Origin: a virus
Taxonomy: Duplodnaviria; Caudoviricetes
Direction: 5' to 3' (one strand)
DNA length: 56,607 nucleotides
IMG/VR virus record: IMGVR_UViG_3300024232_000327
Location: 1 to 56,607 of that record
The notes below the pieces were generated by a model. It saw nothing but the letters and a program-made list of their open reading frames with translations. It did no database searches and was not told where the DNA came from. Position 1 is the stretch's first letter; each line of letters begins with the position of its first letter. Of this stretch, positions 47,592-56,607 are shown one piece after another. The translations under genes were made by a program, and so were the position numbers.

Positions 47592-48421
47592 GGCCCTGGG
47601 AAGAAGTCCTGCGGGTCTGTTCCGATAACGTTCATGCTCCCTCCGTCTCCGGTGTTGTCTTGAAACTTGATCCCACTGGCTCCGTCTCTCCGATTGCTGT
47701 AGGTCGGAGTTCCCAGAGTATCTATCGCAAGAGAAAGGTTCGCAGGTTTTCCCTCAGGAGTGATGAACATGTTGAGATTGCTCGTGCTCGACAGATCCAA
47801 ATACTTGTCAAACCAGAACACGCACTCGGAGAGCATCACGTTAGGATTCGCAGTTCTCTCTCCTGGAAGACGATACTCAAACCCGCTCACTTCCATGTTG
47901 AATGACTCCATCTGAGCAGCCACTCCGTCATGAATTGCCTGATCATAGTTCGGCCCCCAACCGAAGAAGCCATTGTTGTTGATCCAGTCGCTGAACACTC
48001 CTATGGAAGGTTGAGGCTGAATGACCTGTCCCGCCCCTGGGTTCTGCTCGTTCACGCTCTGCCTGTTGAGATAGAGATGACACCTGTTAGAGTAATTATC
48101 GCCGTCGGTTCTGACTGAGTTACCTATGTGGTTCCAAGTATCAGGCAATATAGTGCTAATCGGAAGAAAATCACTAAAGCATCTACCTTGTCTCACGGTA
48201 GCCTCAACACAGAGGAACTCAAATCTCCACTTGAGACCTCCTGAATCGAGAACCTGAAGCCTCAGACGGCTGTCGCCGCTACCGAAGCAGTAAGGACCAA
48301 ATGGAGTGCCGCTTTGAGATACCATCCCAGCGTATACTACAGCGGGGATGTAGAACCATCCCGAGAAAGTGCACTTCGGAGAGTCAGGTCTTGCAGACGC
48401 AACCGACTGAAGATAGGTCAT
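47588..48421 (-). CDS. LamG-like virion protein, paralog 3
   Basis: FSGWFY, TWNH; C-terminus F.DN.G.GG...GTDPQDFFPGP. Confidence 0.65.
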   Translation of the reverse strand: MTYLQSVASARPDSPKCTFSGWFYIPAVVYAGMVSQSGTPFGPYCFGSGDSRLRLQVLDSGGLKWRFEFLCVEATVRQGRCFSDFLPISTILPDTWNHIGNSVRTDGDNYSNRCHLYLNRQSVNEQNPGAGQVIQPQPSIGVFSDWINNNGFFGWGPNYDQAIHDGVAAQMESFNMEVSGFEYRLPGERTANPNVMLSECVFWFDKYLDLSSTSNLNMFITPEGKPANLSLAIDTLGTPTYSNRRDGASGIKFQDNTGDGGSMNVIGTDPQDFFPGP

Positions 48422-49419
48422 GGGCCTGGGAAGAAGTCCTGCGGTTTAGTTCCTACCGCTTCGAATGCCCCTGACGTCCCTTGGTTGTCCTCGAACTTAG
48501 TTCCGGAAGACGAGTCCCTGTGAAGCCATACGTCAGGAGTGCCGAAAGCCGCCTTCGCAGCAAGCATGTCGATAGGAAGCTTAGGAGATCCGTCTACCAT
48601 CCTCACGACCTTGTCGAGATTGTCTGTGTCAGACCAGTCGATGTACTTTCCAAACCACACCTGAAAGTTGCTGAGGACGAAAGACTTGTTGTTCTTGACC
48701 TGGAAGCTGTTCTCGAATGCAGGGTCGTTCTCGTTGAACAGGATGCCGATCTGCTCACCGCTGACGTCCATAGCGTAGGTTCTCGAGGTGATGTCGGGAA
48801 GTGGCTCACCACCGTAGCCGTCGTTGTTGGCATACTCCCATGTGGGGCTGTCACCTGTGCTGCGGAGCGGATAGTTCAGGTTGTCGTATCCTGGCTTTGT
48901 CGAGATAGAGATGTCGAGACCGTTGAGAACTGTCGCCCACAGCGTGTGGATCTGAAACGGGATGAACCCTGGAGACTGGGAGAAGCCCCACCTGTCACCG
49001 GTCGACCAGTCAGCTGCGAACGCCAGGTGGTTCCACGTTCGTGGAGTCCAAAGCGGAGAGCTCAGCCCCGAGCTAGCGTGGTTCCTGTTAGATGCGGTGA
49101 ACGACATCACAGGGATGTAGTTACCCGTCACCGGTCCTCCGAATCCAGAACCATAAAGCGGAGCCTCGCGGCCGATCCTGTCGAAGAAGATAGCGGTCTC
49201 GACGCTAGGAGTAGGGAACCCGCTCTTGGACCACCTGAGCTGAAGAATCGAGTTGTCCGTGTTTTCCAGCTCAGGAACGTGACCTATCTCCATGAGGTAC
49301 TGACTGATCTGCGTCGCTGTAGCTTCTTCTGCGATGTCGAACGGCGCATAGAAGAACACCGAGGCACTGAACTTCATGCAGTCTGCGACAGGAGTGCTGT
49401 TCTGAACCAGTCGCGTCAC
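48418..49419 (-). CDS. LamG-like virion protein, paralog 2
   Basis: FSASVFFY, TWNH; C-terminus FEDNQGTSG...GTKPQDFFPGP. Confidence 0.65.
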   Translation of the reverse strand: MTRLVQNSTPVADCMKFSASVFFYAPFDIAEEATATQISQYLMEIGHVPELENTDNSILQLRWSKSGFPTPSVETAIFFDRIGREAPLYGSGFGGPVTGNYIPVMSFTASNRNHASSGLSSPLWTPRTWNHLAFAADWSTGDRWGFSQSPGFIPFQIHTLWATVLNGLDISISTKPGYDNLNYPLRSTGDSPTWEYANNDGYGGEPLPDITSRTYAMDVSGEQIGILFNENDPAFENSFQVKNNKSFVLSNFQVWFGKYIDWSDTDNLDKVVRMVDGSPKLPIDMLAAKAAFGTPDVWLHRDSSSGTKFEDNQGTSGAFEAVGTKPQDFFPGP

Positions 49420-49691
49420 GAGACCACAGCCCTGTCCGTCACGCGCCTCCACGTGTTGAAGTTGTCGGAGAACGCCGGCACCGCTCCGCCCACCTCGTCC
49501 GTCACCAAGATGAGCTGACCAGGCTGCGCCGCCGACGGGAGGGTGGCCACGGTGTAGCTGGCCATCACCACGATCGTGTTGAGAGCCGCCTTCTTGGTGA
49601 CGCCGCCCTGGACGATCACTACTAATTCCGAGCCGTCGAGCGGCAGAGTAGCCTCCGGCAGGTCCTCGAAGTCCTTGATCGCGAACGTCAT
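49416..49691 (-). CDS. small fibre-anchor/decoration protein
   Basis: DLPEATLPLDGSELVVIVQGGVT and YTVATLPSA...VTDE.GGAVPAFSD...WRR. Confidence 0.6.
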   Translation of the reverse strand: MTFAIKDFEDLPEATLPLDGSELVVIVQGGVTKKAALNTIVVMASYTVATLPSAAQPGQLILVTDEVGGAVPAFSDNFNTWRRVTDRAVVS

Positions 49692-49692
49692 G

Positions 49693-50607
49693 CTAGACTC
49701 CGTTGTACGGTATGCCGCTCTCTGGACCAGGACGGTAGACGACCGGCTCGGTGCCTACGAGAGTGAAGTCACCACCGTCTCCGAGGTTGTCCGAGATCTT
49801 AGCTCCAGAGACGCTGTCCGCCGTGAGGAGAACCGCAGGGGTGCCGAACTCGGCGACTGCTCGACTCGGAGTCGGTATCAGCATCGTGTCTTGAATCTTG
49901 GCAAACTTAGAGAAGTTGTTGGCATCTGTCGGGTCGATGTACTGCCTGAACATCAGAGATGTCGACACCTGAAGCGGAGGTATCTTTCCGTTGACTCCAC
50001 CTACGCCACCGTTTCTCATGAACGCACTGCCGGGGAAGTAGCAGTCCGCTCCGCTGAGCGGCATCTGATAGACCGCGCTGCTGTTGCTTCCGGTCGGACC
50101 CTGATCGTTCGGCGACACTGAGTCACGACCCACGTTGAGACCGTTGAGAACAAATCGACCCTTCTTCCACTCGCTCGGATTGTTCACAGGCTCGGTGCCA
50201 AAGTGTTGACCGGGGTGATTGGTGTCGAACGATGCTAGCAGCATGTTCCAACCACCCTGATTGAGCTTCATGCTGAGCGTCTCAGCTGGTCCATTACCAC
50301 CGTCGCCGTTGGTGATCGGATACTGAGTGACGAAGTCTCCGCTTCCGTCACCGGTCCACCCAACGATGTTGTAGTTCCATATCTCAGACGGATAAGGAGG
50401 GCTCTGACGGAGCGACCCTTGAATCTCAACGCGACAGAGATCGTCAAGGTTGGAGAATACCTCGAAAAGAGTAAAGTTATTGAGCAGAGTTATCGTATCA
50501 CCCATATAGTCGTACAGCTCTTGCCTCGTAGGCATCCGCCATACGACCATGACCGTCGCACCGAAGGAGTTCGCGGCCTGAAAGTTGAGATTGCTGAGGA
50601 GCGTCAT
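49693..50607 (-). CDS. LamG-like virion protein, paralog 1
   Basis: GWNMLL; C-terminus EFGTP....DNLGDGGDFTLVGTEP...PGP. Confidence 0.6.
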   Translation of the reverse strand: MTLLSNLNFQAANSFGATVMVVWRMPTRQELYDYMGDTITLLNNFTLFEVFSNLDDLCRVEIQGSLRQSPPYPSEIWNYNIVGWTGDGSGDFVTQYPITNGDGGNGPAETLSMKLNQGGWNMLLASFDTNHPGQHFGTEPVNNPSEWKKGRFVLNGLNVGRDSVSPNDQGPTGSNSSAVYQMPLSGADCYFPGSAFMRNGGVGGVNGKIPPLQVSTSLMFRQYIDPTDANNFSKFAKIQDTMLIPTPSRAVAEFGTPAVLLTADSVSGAKISDNLGDGGDFTLVGTEPVVYRPGPESGIPYNGV

Positions 50608-51071
50608 CAGCTTCCCAGCACGATCGTCGTGTCGCCGAGGTAGTCGCCGTCCTCGGTCATGAGCTGATCGCCGCCCTCGGTCGCGAATATCGTCTCCTGA
50701 ACGTGCGAGACGGCGGCCTGCCTCGAGGCGGTGATCTCGAGGGTGTCGTTGCGCTTCGGCTCCTGCACGAACATGACGTCGTAGAGACTCCGCTCGTCGA
50801 GCGGGCTGTTGCTGATCTCCGACGCTGGCATCACGACGCGATCCAGCGGAGAGAGGCTCGCTAAGATCGTATCCCACCTGATGGTGAACCTGACCTGCTC
50901 TCTGGCAACCCACTGAGCGGAGACGCTGACCTCGGACCCGACCAGCGGCTTGACGTCCGCCCACCTCAAACCGATCGTGGTCCACACGTCGATCGGCTCT
51001 CCGCTAGAAGATAGCATCGAGCTCTTGCGCTGGATCGCGATGCGAGTGTCGAGGGTGCCGGCACGGTTCAT
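50607..51071 (-). CDS. head closure / head-tail adaptor (SPP1 gp16-like) with C-terminal extension
   Basis: AG.LD.RI.IQ......GEP...W......WA.V.P..G.E...FTIRW. Confidence 0.85.
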   Translation of the reverse strand: MNRAGTLDTRIAIQRKSSMLSSSGEPIDVWTTIGLRWADVKPLVGSEVSVSAQWVAREQVRFTIRWDTILASLSPLDRVVMPASEISNSPLDERSLYDVMFVQEPKRNDTLEITASRQAAVSHVQETIFATEGGDQLMTEDGDYLGDTTIVLGS

Positions 51072-51886
51072 TCTATGAGCCTCCACAGCGTGCCGTCGAC
51101 GAGCTCGTCCTCGTCGAACTGGCAGTAGGCCAGGGAGTTGAGCCAGGGCTGGCGCTCAGGATACCACGGGTACTCCACGTCCTCGAGAGAAGAAAGACCC
51201 ACGAGGGCGGCTGCAGAGGTCGTCCGGTCTACGAACACCGGGCACCCCATGATCACGGCCTCGACTGCAGCGTTGCTGCCGTGCGTCACCAGGCAGTGAG
51301 CTCCCTTGAGATCCTCGTGGAGCTTGCGACCCGAGCGCTGCATCTCCTTGTTGCGGATCACCAGCGGGCGATCCGTGAGTCGCTTGAGCTCCGCGACGGT
51401 TCGCTGAGTCCAGCCCTGAATGCCGTGAAACTTCTCGTAGGTCGGCGACGGCTCGGCGACGACGATATGTTTACCGACCTTCGACCACGGCCACACCTCG
51501 GTCTTGAGGCTCTTCCACCTGTCGTCTCTCACGTGACGGATCTTGTTCATCTGGAACGCGCCGACGTGCCAGCGGTAGTAGCCACCGTTGTCACCCTGAG
51601 GCAAGTCGGTGGCGAACACGCGACGCGCGTAGCCCCTGTCCCAGTAGATCCACCTGCGACCTATCTCGCGCCACCTGGTGACGATAGGACGAAGCTCTGG
51701 CGTGCATCCTACGACAGGGACGATGTGGTCTGGCAGCTTCTCCAGCGCCTTGAAGTCGTAGGCAATCGAGTTGCCGACCTTCTGAGCGATGCGATTGAAC
51801 AAGTTCATCTTGAACCCCTTCAGCCCAGGAGGGATGAACAGGCAAGCATCCTTAGGATCTACTATCACCAGTTGTCCCTTACCCAC
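51068..51886 (-). CDS. GT-B-like glycosyltransferase (capsule-synthesis KpsS/KpsC-like C-terminus)
   Basis: IRNK...L...L..AHCLVTHGSNAAVEAVIMGCPVF. Confidence 0.6.
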   Translation of the reverse strand: MGKGQLVIVDPKDACLFIPPGLKGFKMNLFNRIAQKVGNSIAYDFKALEKLPDHIVPVVGCTPELRPIVTRWREIGRRWIYWDRGYARRVFATDLPQGDNGGYYRWHVGAFQMNKIRHVRDDRWKSLKTEVWPWSKVGKHIVVAEPSPTYEKFHGIQGWTQRTVAELKRLTDRPLVIRNKEMQRSGRKLHEDLKGAHCLVTHGSNAAVEAVIMGCPVFVDRTTSAAALVGLSSLEDVEYPWYPERQPWLNSLAYCQFDEDELVDGTLWRLIE

Positions 51887-52545
51887 TTGAGGGAGCGAAA
51901 GTCACGCGGCTGTCTCTTGCCGGGGAAGGCTACGATCTTCGCGTCAGCTGGCAGCACGTCATCTGAAGGCCATCCTGGCTTGCGGAAGGCGTATATGCCA
52001 GACTCCTTGCCGCACTTCCAGGTCGCCGCTCCAGGCAGCTTGTAGTGAAACCAACCCTGATCGTCGGGGAACTCGAAGTGAGGCATCTCGCACGCCTTCT
52101 CGATCGTGAAGTCGCTCCAGAGTCTCTCGTTGTGACCTGCTCTGAGCATCATCACCGAGCCGTTGAACGGACACGGGTTGATCGCATTGGCTCCTGACAG
52201 GATGACGAACGTCTCGTCTCTCTTGAACGTGCTTCCGATCTTCCCGGTGATGACCAAGTCGAGATCGAGACAGACCAGTCGATCTTCGATCTCTCGCTTC
52301 TTCTGCCACTTCGGGTCGAACATCCTGAGACGTACGAAGCAGCCCTTATAAGAGGTGAGGTGCGGGTCCTTGATCACATGGCGCTCGATGTCGGACGGTA
52401 ACCTCGGCACTGCGCTTCGCTCTCTCTCGGTCATGACCATGAAGCGAAACGACTCGTCCATGTTGCGGTCGAGACCGCGCTTGAGCTTGATCACATCTTC
52501 AACAGAGTACTTTCCACCCCAGAGCCACGTGCAGATCGTCAGCAT
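51865..52545 (-). CDS. GT-A glycosyltransferase
   Basis: W..KY, DLD (DxD), NGSVM, DDQGW, IVAFPGK..P. Confidence 0.75.
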   Translation of the reverse strand: MLTICTWLWGGKYSVEDVIKLKRGLDRNMDESFRFMVMTERERSAVPRLPSDIERHVIKDPHLTSYKGCFVRLRMFDPKWQKKREIEDRLVCLDLDLVITGKIGSTFKRDETFVILSGANAINPCPFNGSVMMLRAGHNERLWSDFTIEKACEMPHFEFPDDQGWFHYKLPGAATWKCGKESGIYAFRKPGWPSDDVLPADAKIVAFPGKRQPRDFRSLKWVRDNW

Positions 52546-53183
52546 CGGAACACCACGCAGGAGTAGTCAACTTCCTTCTCCTCCTTCGGACGTGATCCTC
52601 CGAAGTACTCGTCGACTGCTCGCCTGCATCCGAGCCAGTGACCGTAGTCGTCGACTATCAAGAAGCCACCTGGAGTGATCTTCGGCACCAGACGCTTGAG
52701 AACGCTCTTCGTGGGTCGGTACCAGTCTACGTCAAGACGGAGAACTGCTATCCCCGCCTCGTGACTCCTGGCGTCGACAGTCTCCTCTACGTCGCCGATG
52801 ACGAAGTTACATCTGCTCAGGAGGTCTGGTCCCATCGTGAAGAAGGCGTCCTTTACTTCCTCGACGTCGACAGCATCCCACTTCGTGCCGCCCTTCTTCT
52901 TCAGGTTCCAGCGGTCGATCGCCTTCTCTCCGCTCCGCTTCGTGTCGAATACCGGATCTGGCTCGGTCATCCCGTCGAACGTATCGTAGAGCCAGCAGGT
53001 TCGCTCCGGCAGCATGAGACGCGCCATCATGATGTTGCCACCGCGCCAGACGCCACACTCGACTACGTCACCTGCGATCTTCTCTGCGTCGATCTTCCTG
53101 AAGATGGACATCATCGACTCGAGACGCGACTGCGGAGACATGGTATGAGGCCGCACCTTCGCGAAGATCTCGGCCGGAGTCAT
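52539..53183 (-). CDS. TylF/MycF/NovP-family sugar O-methyltransferase
   Basis: GDVVECGVWRGG, YDTFDGM, LRLDVDWY, IVDDYG.W.GC..AV. Confidence 0.9.
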   Translation of the reverse strand: MTPAEIFAKVRPHTMSPQSRLESMMSIFRKIDAEKIAGDVVECGVWRGGNIMMARLMLPERTCWLYDTFDGMTEPDPVFDTKRSGEKAIDRWNLKKKGGTKWDAVDVEEVKDAFFTMGPDLLSRCNFVIGDVEETVDARSHEAGIAVLRLDVDWYRPTKSVLKRLVPKITPGGFLIVDDYGHWLGCRRAVDEYFGGSRPKEEKEVDYSCVVFRC

Positions 53184-53371
53184 CGGTCCTTCTTCTCCAG
53201 GAAGTCGAGAACAACCTCTCGAATGAGAGCAGCCTTGCTCAGCTTCTTCTCCTTGGCTATCTCGGAGATCTCGTCGTACTTGTCACGAGGCAGCTCGAAC
53301 GTCATGCCTGCCATGAGACTGGTGCGATCTGTGACAAAGTTGACGTTAGACATCTTGTGATGTCGCATCAA
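53180..53371 (-). CDS. ribbon-helix-helix (CopG-like) regulator
   Basis: MTFELP...I..IAK...LSKAALIRE.V. Confidence 0.65.
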   Translation of the reverse strand: MMRHHKMSNVNFVTDRTSLMAGMTFELPRDKYDEISEIAKEKKLSKAALIREVVLDFLEKKDR

Positions 53372-53940
53372 GATCTCCAGACTATCCCGATGCCGTTGTC
53401 TCTCGAGCAGTATCTAATCTCACGGCTGCGGAACGAGGACTTGATCTCGTTCCACACCTTTGACACCTCGATCGGCATCTTCTTGCTCGGCTCTGGTCGC
53501 GGTATCCACCCGATGTCGTGGAATGCCACCATCTTTCCGAGCTTACCATAGTTCGCCCAGTCCTTGCGAACGAACGGCTCGGTGTGATTGGCGTCGATGA
53601 ACACCAGGTCGAATGGACCGAGAAGCTCCACCTTGCGGACGATCTCTGCGTCGGTGCTATCGCCCATGAACAGGTGAGCGTCGTAGCCTCTCTTCTTCAG
53701 CTCACGATGACACTCTTCGAGGTTGGGTCGGCTGGCCTTGAACGAACCGTCACCCTGCGGGAGATCTACCGACACGCTTCGCGAGCCAGTTGGCATCTGA
53801 TGAGTGATGCGCCACCAGGTGCCGCCGTGCTTGGAACCGATCTCGAGATAGCTTCTCACCTTCTCCGAGCGGATCAAGCTCAAGAACTCTGAAAACTCGT
53901 TCGCATCTTGCTGAAGATTGGTCTCACACTTCATCGTCAC
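53368..53940 (-). CDS. class I SAM methyltransferase (Methyltransf_24-like)
   Basis: YLEIGS..GG, GDS, DLVFIDANH, VAFHDI, GIG. Confidence 0.85.
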   Translation of the reverse strand: MTMKCETNLQQDANEFSEFLSLIRSEKVRSYLEIGSKHGGTWWRITHQMPTGSRSVSVDLPQGDGSFKASRPNLEECHRELKKRGYDAHLFMGDSTDAEIVRKVELLGPFDLVFIDANHTEPFVRKDWANYGKLGKMVAFHDIGWIPRPEPSKKMPIEVSKVWNEIKSSFRSREIRYCSRDNGIGIVWRS

Positions 53941-54712
53941 TTATGATCCTCCTCGCAGCAACTGTAACCTCTTCGACGCTGATGCGATCCATAGCTCGCC
54001 TGCAGTGGTCGCAAGCTTCTAGCGAACCGCAGAACTCTGTCTCCCCTCCAGTCATGTTGACATGACCATCATACCCCATGGAGCTCGGAGGAATCCAGCC
54101 GCCGAACATGACGACGGAGTGAGTGCCAACTGCAGCAGCAGCGTGGTGCATGCCACCCTCTGACCCTATGAACAGGTTGGCCCTGCTCAGTACTCCAACA
54201 GCTTGGCGAAACGTGCGAGTCTCGATGAAGTCAGCGCCGAAGAGACGCTGATGCGACCCCTCATGGATCAGCTGAACTACCCTGATGTCCTTGACGAGAT
54301 CGTCGACTAAAGACTGAAAGCGATCGAACGACCACTGCTTGTTCGGATAGGCGCCCTTCTTCCGAGGTACGTTAGGTTCTACGAGAACGAACCCGTCGTC
54401 GATGGACTCAGTCAGCTGTCGCTCTACGTCAGAGAAAAAGATCTCCCCGGGAGTGACCCTGAAGTCCATGTTCCAGACCCAGCGATTGTTCTCCTGACGA
54501 TTGTAGACACGATGTCCCTTGTAGTACCTGATCCACTCGGCATCAGCTGCCTTCTCTGACCCGGGAGGGAGAACGTTCGGGTTGTTTGCGAACACCATCT
54601 TGGAGAACGGACCCCAGATGATCCTCTGACCGTCGCCGAAGGCGATCCGCTTTCCTCGAGAAGAAGCTCCTCGCGCCATCCCCGTAGCGACGATGTCGTC
54701 ACCTGCTCCCAT
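53924..54712 (-). CDS. GT9-like (heptosyltransferase-type) glycosyltransferase
   Basis: MGAGDD N-terminus, K.W, FIGSEGGMHHAAAAVG..SVVMFG. Confidence 0.75.
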   Translation of the reverse strand: MGAGDDIVATGMARGASSRGKRIAFGDGQRIIWGPFSKMVFANNPNVLPPGSEKAADAEWIRYYKGHRVYNRQENNRWVWNMDFRVTPGEIFFSDVERQLTESIDDGFVLVEPNVPRKKGAYPNKQWSFDRFQSLVDDLVKDIRVVQLIHEGSHQRLFGADFIETRTFRQAVGVLSRANLFIGSEGGMHHAAAAVGTHSVVMFGGWIPPSSMGYDGHVNMTGGETEFCGSLEACDHCRRAMDRISVEEVTVAARRIISDDEV

Positions 54713-55322
54713 GAAGCCTCTTCCACACGGCTGCGACGCGGTCGTCCATCGCCAGCTCGGACATGTGGACCGCCTCGAGGTCGCAGGTCTGGAGGATCTT
54801 GTCGACGCTGTCCATGTCGTCAGCGTATCCGGTCCAGGCGAAGTATCTGATCGCTCTCTTGCCGAGATCGCGAAGAACGTCATTGAGCTTGACGATCTCC
54901 ATCGCTCGCTTGAGCTTGTGATACGTCCCGAGGAACAAGACGATGTCGTAACCCTCGGAGCCGAACGCCTTGTCGATCGCCTTCGGTCCCTCCTCGAGGT
55001 TCACCACCTCGAACTTGGTCTCGCACTCCTCGAGCTCGGAGAACCAGATCTTGGCGTTCTGGATCGACGGACCGTGGATGTCGCAGCCGTGAACCAGCCG
55101 CGCACCATTGCGATAGAACTCGTAGGCTACGTGTCCCCTGTTGCAGCCGACGTCGAGAACCGAGGCACCCTGAGAGAGGAGAAGCAAGTCGCTGAGGCCT
55201 ACGAACCGGTTGTCGTTCCAGCCTGATCCGCTGCGTCGCTGTGGATGCTTCTCGTCCATGAAGCCGCCGCCAGCCGCCTTGTCCTGCCACCTCATTCCGG
55301 AGGCTGGTCGCGAAAGACTCAT
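54699..55322 (-). CDS. class I SAM methyltransferase
   Basis: SVLDVGCNRG, GCD, YDIVLFL. Confidence 0.8.
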   Translation of the reverse strand: MSLSRPASGMRWQDKAAGGGFMDEKHPQRRSGSGWNDNRFVGLSDLLLLSQGASVLDVGCNRGHVAYEFYRNGARLVHGCDIHGPSIQNAKIWFSELEECETKFEVVNLEEGPKAIDKAFGSEGYDIVLFLGTYHKLKRAMEIVKLNDVLRDLGKRAIRYFAWTGYADDMDSVDKILQTCDLEAVHMSELAMDDRVAAVWKRLHGSR

Positions 55323-56122
55323 GCCGGCACTGCGACTCGAGGCATGTTGTCAGGAGTCCGACCCCCTACTGCTCGAGTGCAGTGGAGAAGCATCTTTGTC
55401 CACTCGTCAGCGAACTCCTGGCTCTCGTAGCCGGGTAGATCAGGGAGTCCCTCGGTGAAGTGAACCAGCGCCGGGTTGGCGTTCTTCTTGCTCCACCCGG
55501 GGAGATAGTTCCACTCGTCTGGGAGAGCACCGATCTCGTGGTCCTCGAGCCAGCAGAACCGATGAAGATCACGACCTGGAACGGAGTTGATCATGTCGAG
55601 GGTGAGACGCTTGTTGGCAGGGTGATCGCAGTTGAACAGCATCACCGACGACCACATCTTGCGATGATACTTCGTCTGGACCTGATTGTCCATCTTCACC
55701 GTCTTCTTGGTCTCATAGTTTTGCTGAACGCACATCACTGCCTTGGTAGGATCTGCTAAGGCGAACAGCTTAGAAGGATTGCGGCGGAACATCACGTCCA
55801 CGTCGACGAACAGCGCCCACCCCTTCTCGGCGAGGTGAGGTACCAAGAACCTCGAGATAGCGAACTCCGTCGACATAGGAGCTTCGGAGATCACGTCCCA
55901 CATCTTCCTCGTACCGTTGAGCTCCTCGATGTGGGTCGGCCTGGTATACAACCCGGTGCGCTGGAGGAGATTGAGAACCACGCCGTAGACTGGAACGATG
56001 CTGTTGTACTTCCGGATCGAATCTCTGGCCACGAAGAACGCGTGGGCCTCTCGCTTGTCGTATCCGATCCAGATGGTCTGATTGACATGACGCGTTACGC
56101 CTGGGAGAGTCATAGACCCCAC
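55319..56122 (-). CDS. GT-A glycosyltransferase (GT8-like)
   Basis: IGYD.RE, STEF..SRFLVP, FVDVD, WSSVML.NC.H, WN.L, VHFT.G. Confidence 0.8.
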   Translation of the reverse strand: MGSMTLPGVTRHVNQTIWIGYDKREAHAFFVARDSIRKYNSIVPVYGVVLNLLQRTGLYTRPTHIEELNGTRKMWDVISEAPMSTEFAISRFLVPHLAEKGWALFVDVDVMFRRNPSKLFALADPTKAVMCVQQNYETKKTVKMDNQVQTKYHRKMWSSVMLFNCDHPANKRLTLDMINSVPGRDLHRFCWLEDHEIGALPDEWNYLPGWSKKNANPALVHFTEGLPDLPGYESQEFADEWTKMLLHCTRAVGGRTPDNMPRVAVPA

Positions 56123-56607
56123 TCCTCGAGTGTCTCGTTGATGCTCATCTTCTTGAACGACTTTATGGAGCTGATGGGAGAACAGTTGACTATCTCTACA
56201 CCGAGATTCTCTGCATCTCTCTTAGCTATCTCGAAAGCCGGAGCCCATCTGTTGAAGTTGCTCCTGTCGGGGTTGTTCATTCCCGGAGCTGTGTTGCGTC
56301 CGTACCAGTGGAGGAGACCCTTGTGCTCCTTGCAGTCGAAGCCCACCAGCATGATGCTCGTTGCTCCGAACTGAGTCACCAGGTTCAAGCCCTGGAAGCC
56401 AGAGTTGCCGCCATTTCCGAGAGCGAGAGGCTCGTCTACCAGGAGGTTGTCCTTGCTCATCTCGATCTTGACGCGCCTCATGTTCTTCGACCATGGATAG
56501 CTCGTGATGTTGACACCGTGGTACATCTTGAGGCCCTTGAAGGATGGGAGCCCCTTGCGGTCGATCCACCACGGTGCGTCACAGCCATAGCAGACCTCCG
56601 CCCACGG
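56110..56607 (-). CDS. Maf/MptE/sialyltransferase-fold-like protein, truncated at the window edge
   Basis: frame open to the edge: PWAEVCYGCDAPWW...GGNSGFQGLNL...GA..I.LVGFD...IVNCS. Confidence 0.55.
   Translation of the reverse strand, partial: PWAEVCYGCDAPWWIDRKGLPSFKGLKMYHGVNITSYPWSKNMRRVKIEMSKDNLLVDEPLALGNGGNSGFQGLNLVTQFGATSIMLVGFDCKEHKGLLHWYGRNTAPGMNNPDRSNFNRWAPAFEIAKRDAENLGVEIVNCSPISSIKSFKKMSINETLEEWGL

Noticed and set aside
47588-50607. Diversity-generating retroelement acting on the fibre paralogs
   Set aside because: No reverse transcriptase and no TR/VR pair differing only at adenines was seen
1-56607. Integrase/repressor lysogeny module or IS elements
   Set aside because: None recognised in this window; the missing part of the genome cannot be assessed

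Overview
The window is most of a tailed dsDNA phage genome with siphovirus-type (HK97/GTA-like) tail genes. The host is probably an alphaproteobacterium; this is an inference from gene content. Layout: 1-4.7 kb (minus) has HNH, a NusG-like factor, an AT-rich iteron/palindrome origin candidate and a primase-helicase. 4.9-35.6 kb (plus) holds early/middle genes: SSB-like, MazG, HD nucleotidase, double-domain ThyX-like, nucleoside deoxyribosyltransferase, UDG-like, HAD, DnaQ, DnaE, a PD-(D/E)xK nuclease, an amidoligase with two GGCTs, FkbM and an SNF2 helicase. 35.6-56.6 kb (minus) is the late operon: a glycosyl-/methyltransferase cluster, head closure, paralogous fibre-like genes, tail genes, a putative endolysin and a UDP-glucose dehydrogenase. 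Terminase, portal and capsid are not in the window. Most interesting: (1) 16.8-19.4 kb is a compositionally foreign array of about 15 tiny units joined by a conserved (TGC)AAA-stop-GGAGC junction, and two units look like structured RNAs, one a 79-nt tRNA-like element. (2) A glycan-building cluster sits inside the morphogenesis operon, suggesting virion glycosylation. (3) A nucleotide-pool editing cluster may indicate base substitution or modification. All protein calls are from motif recognition by eye; no database search was run.
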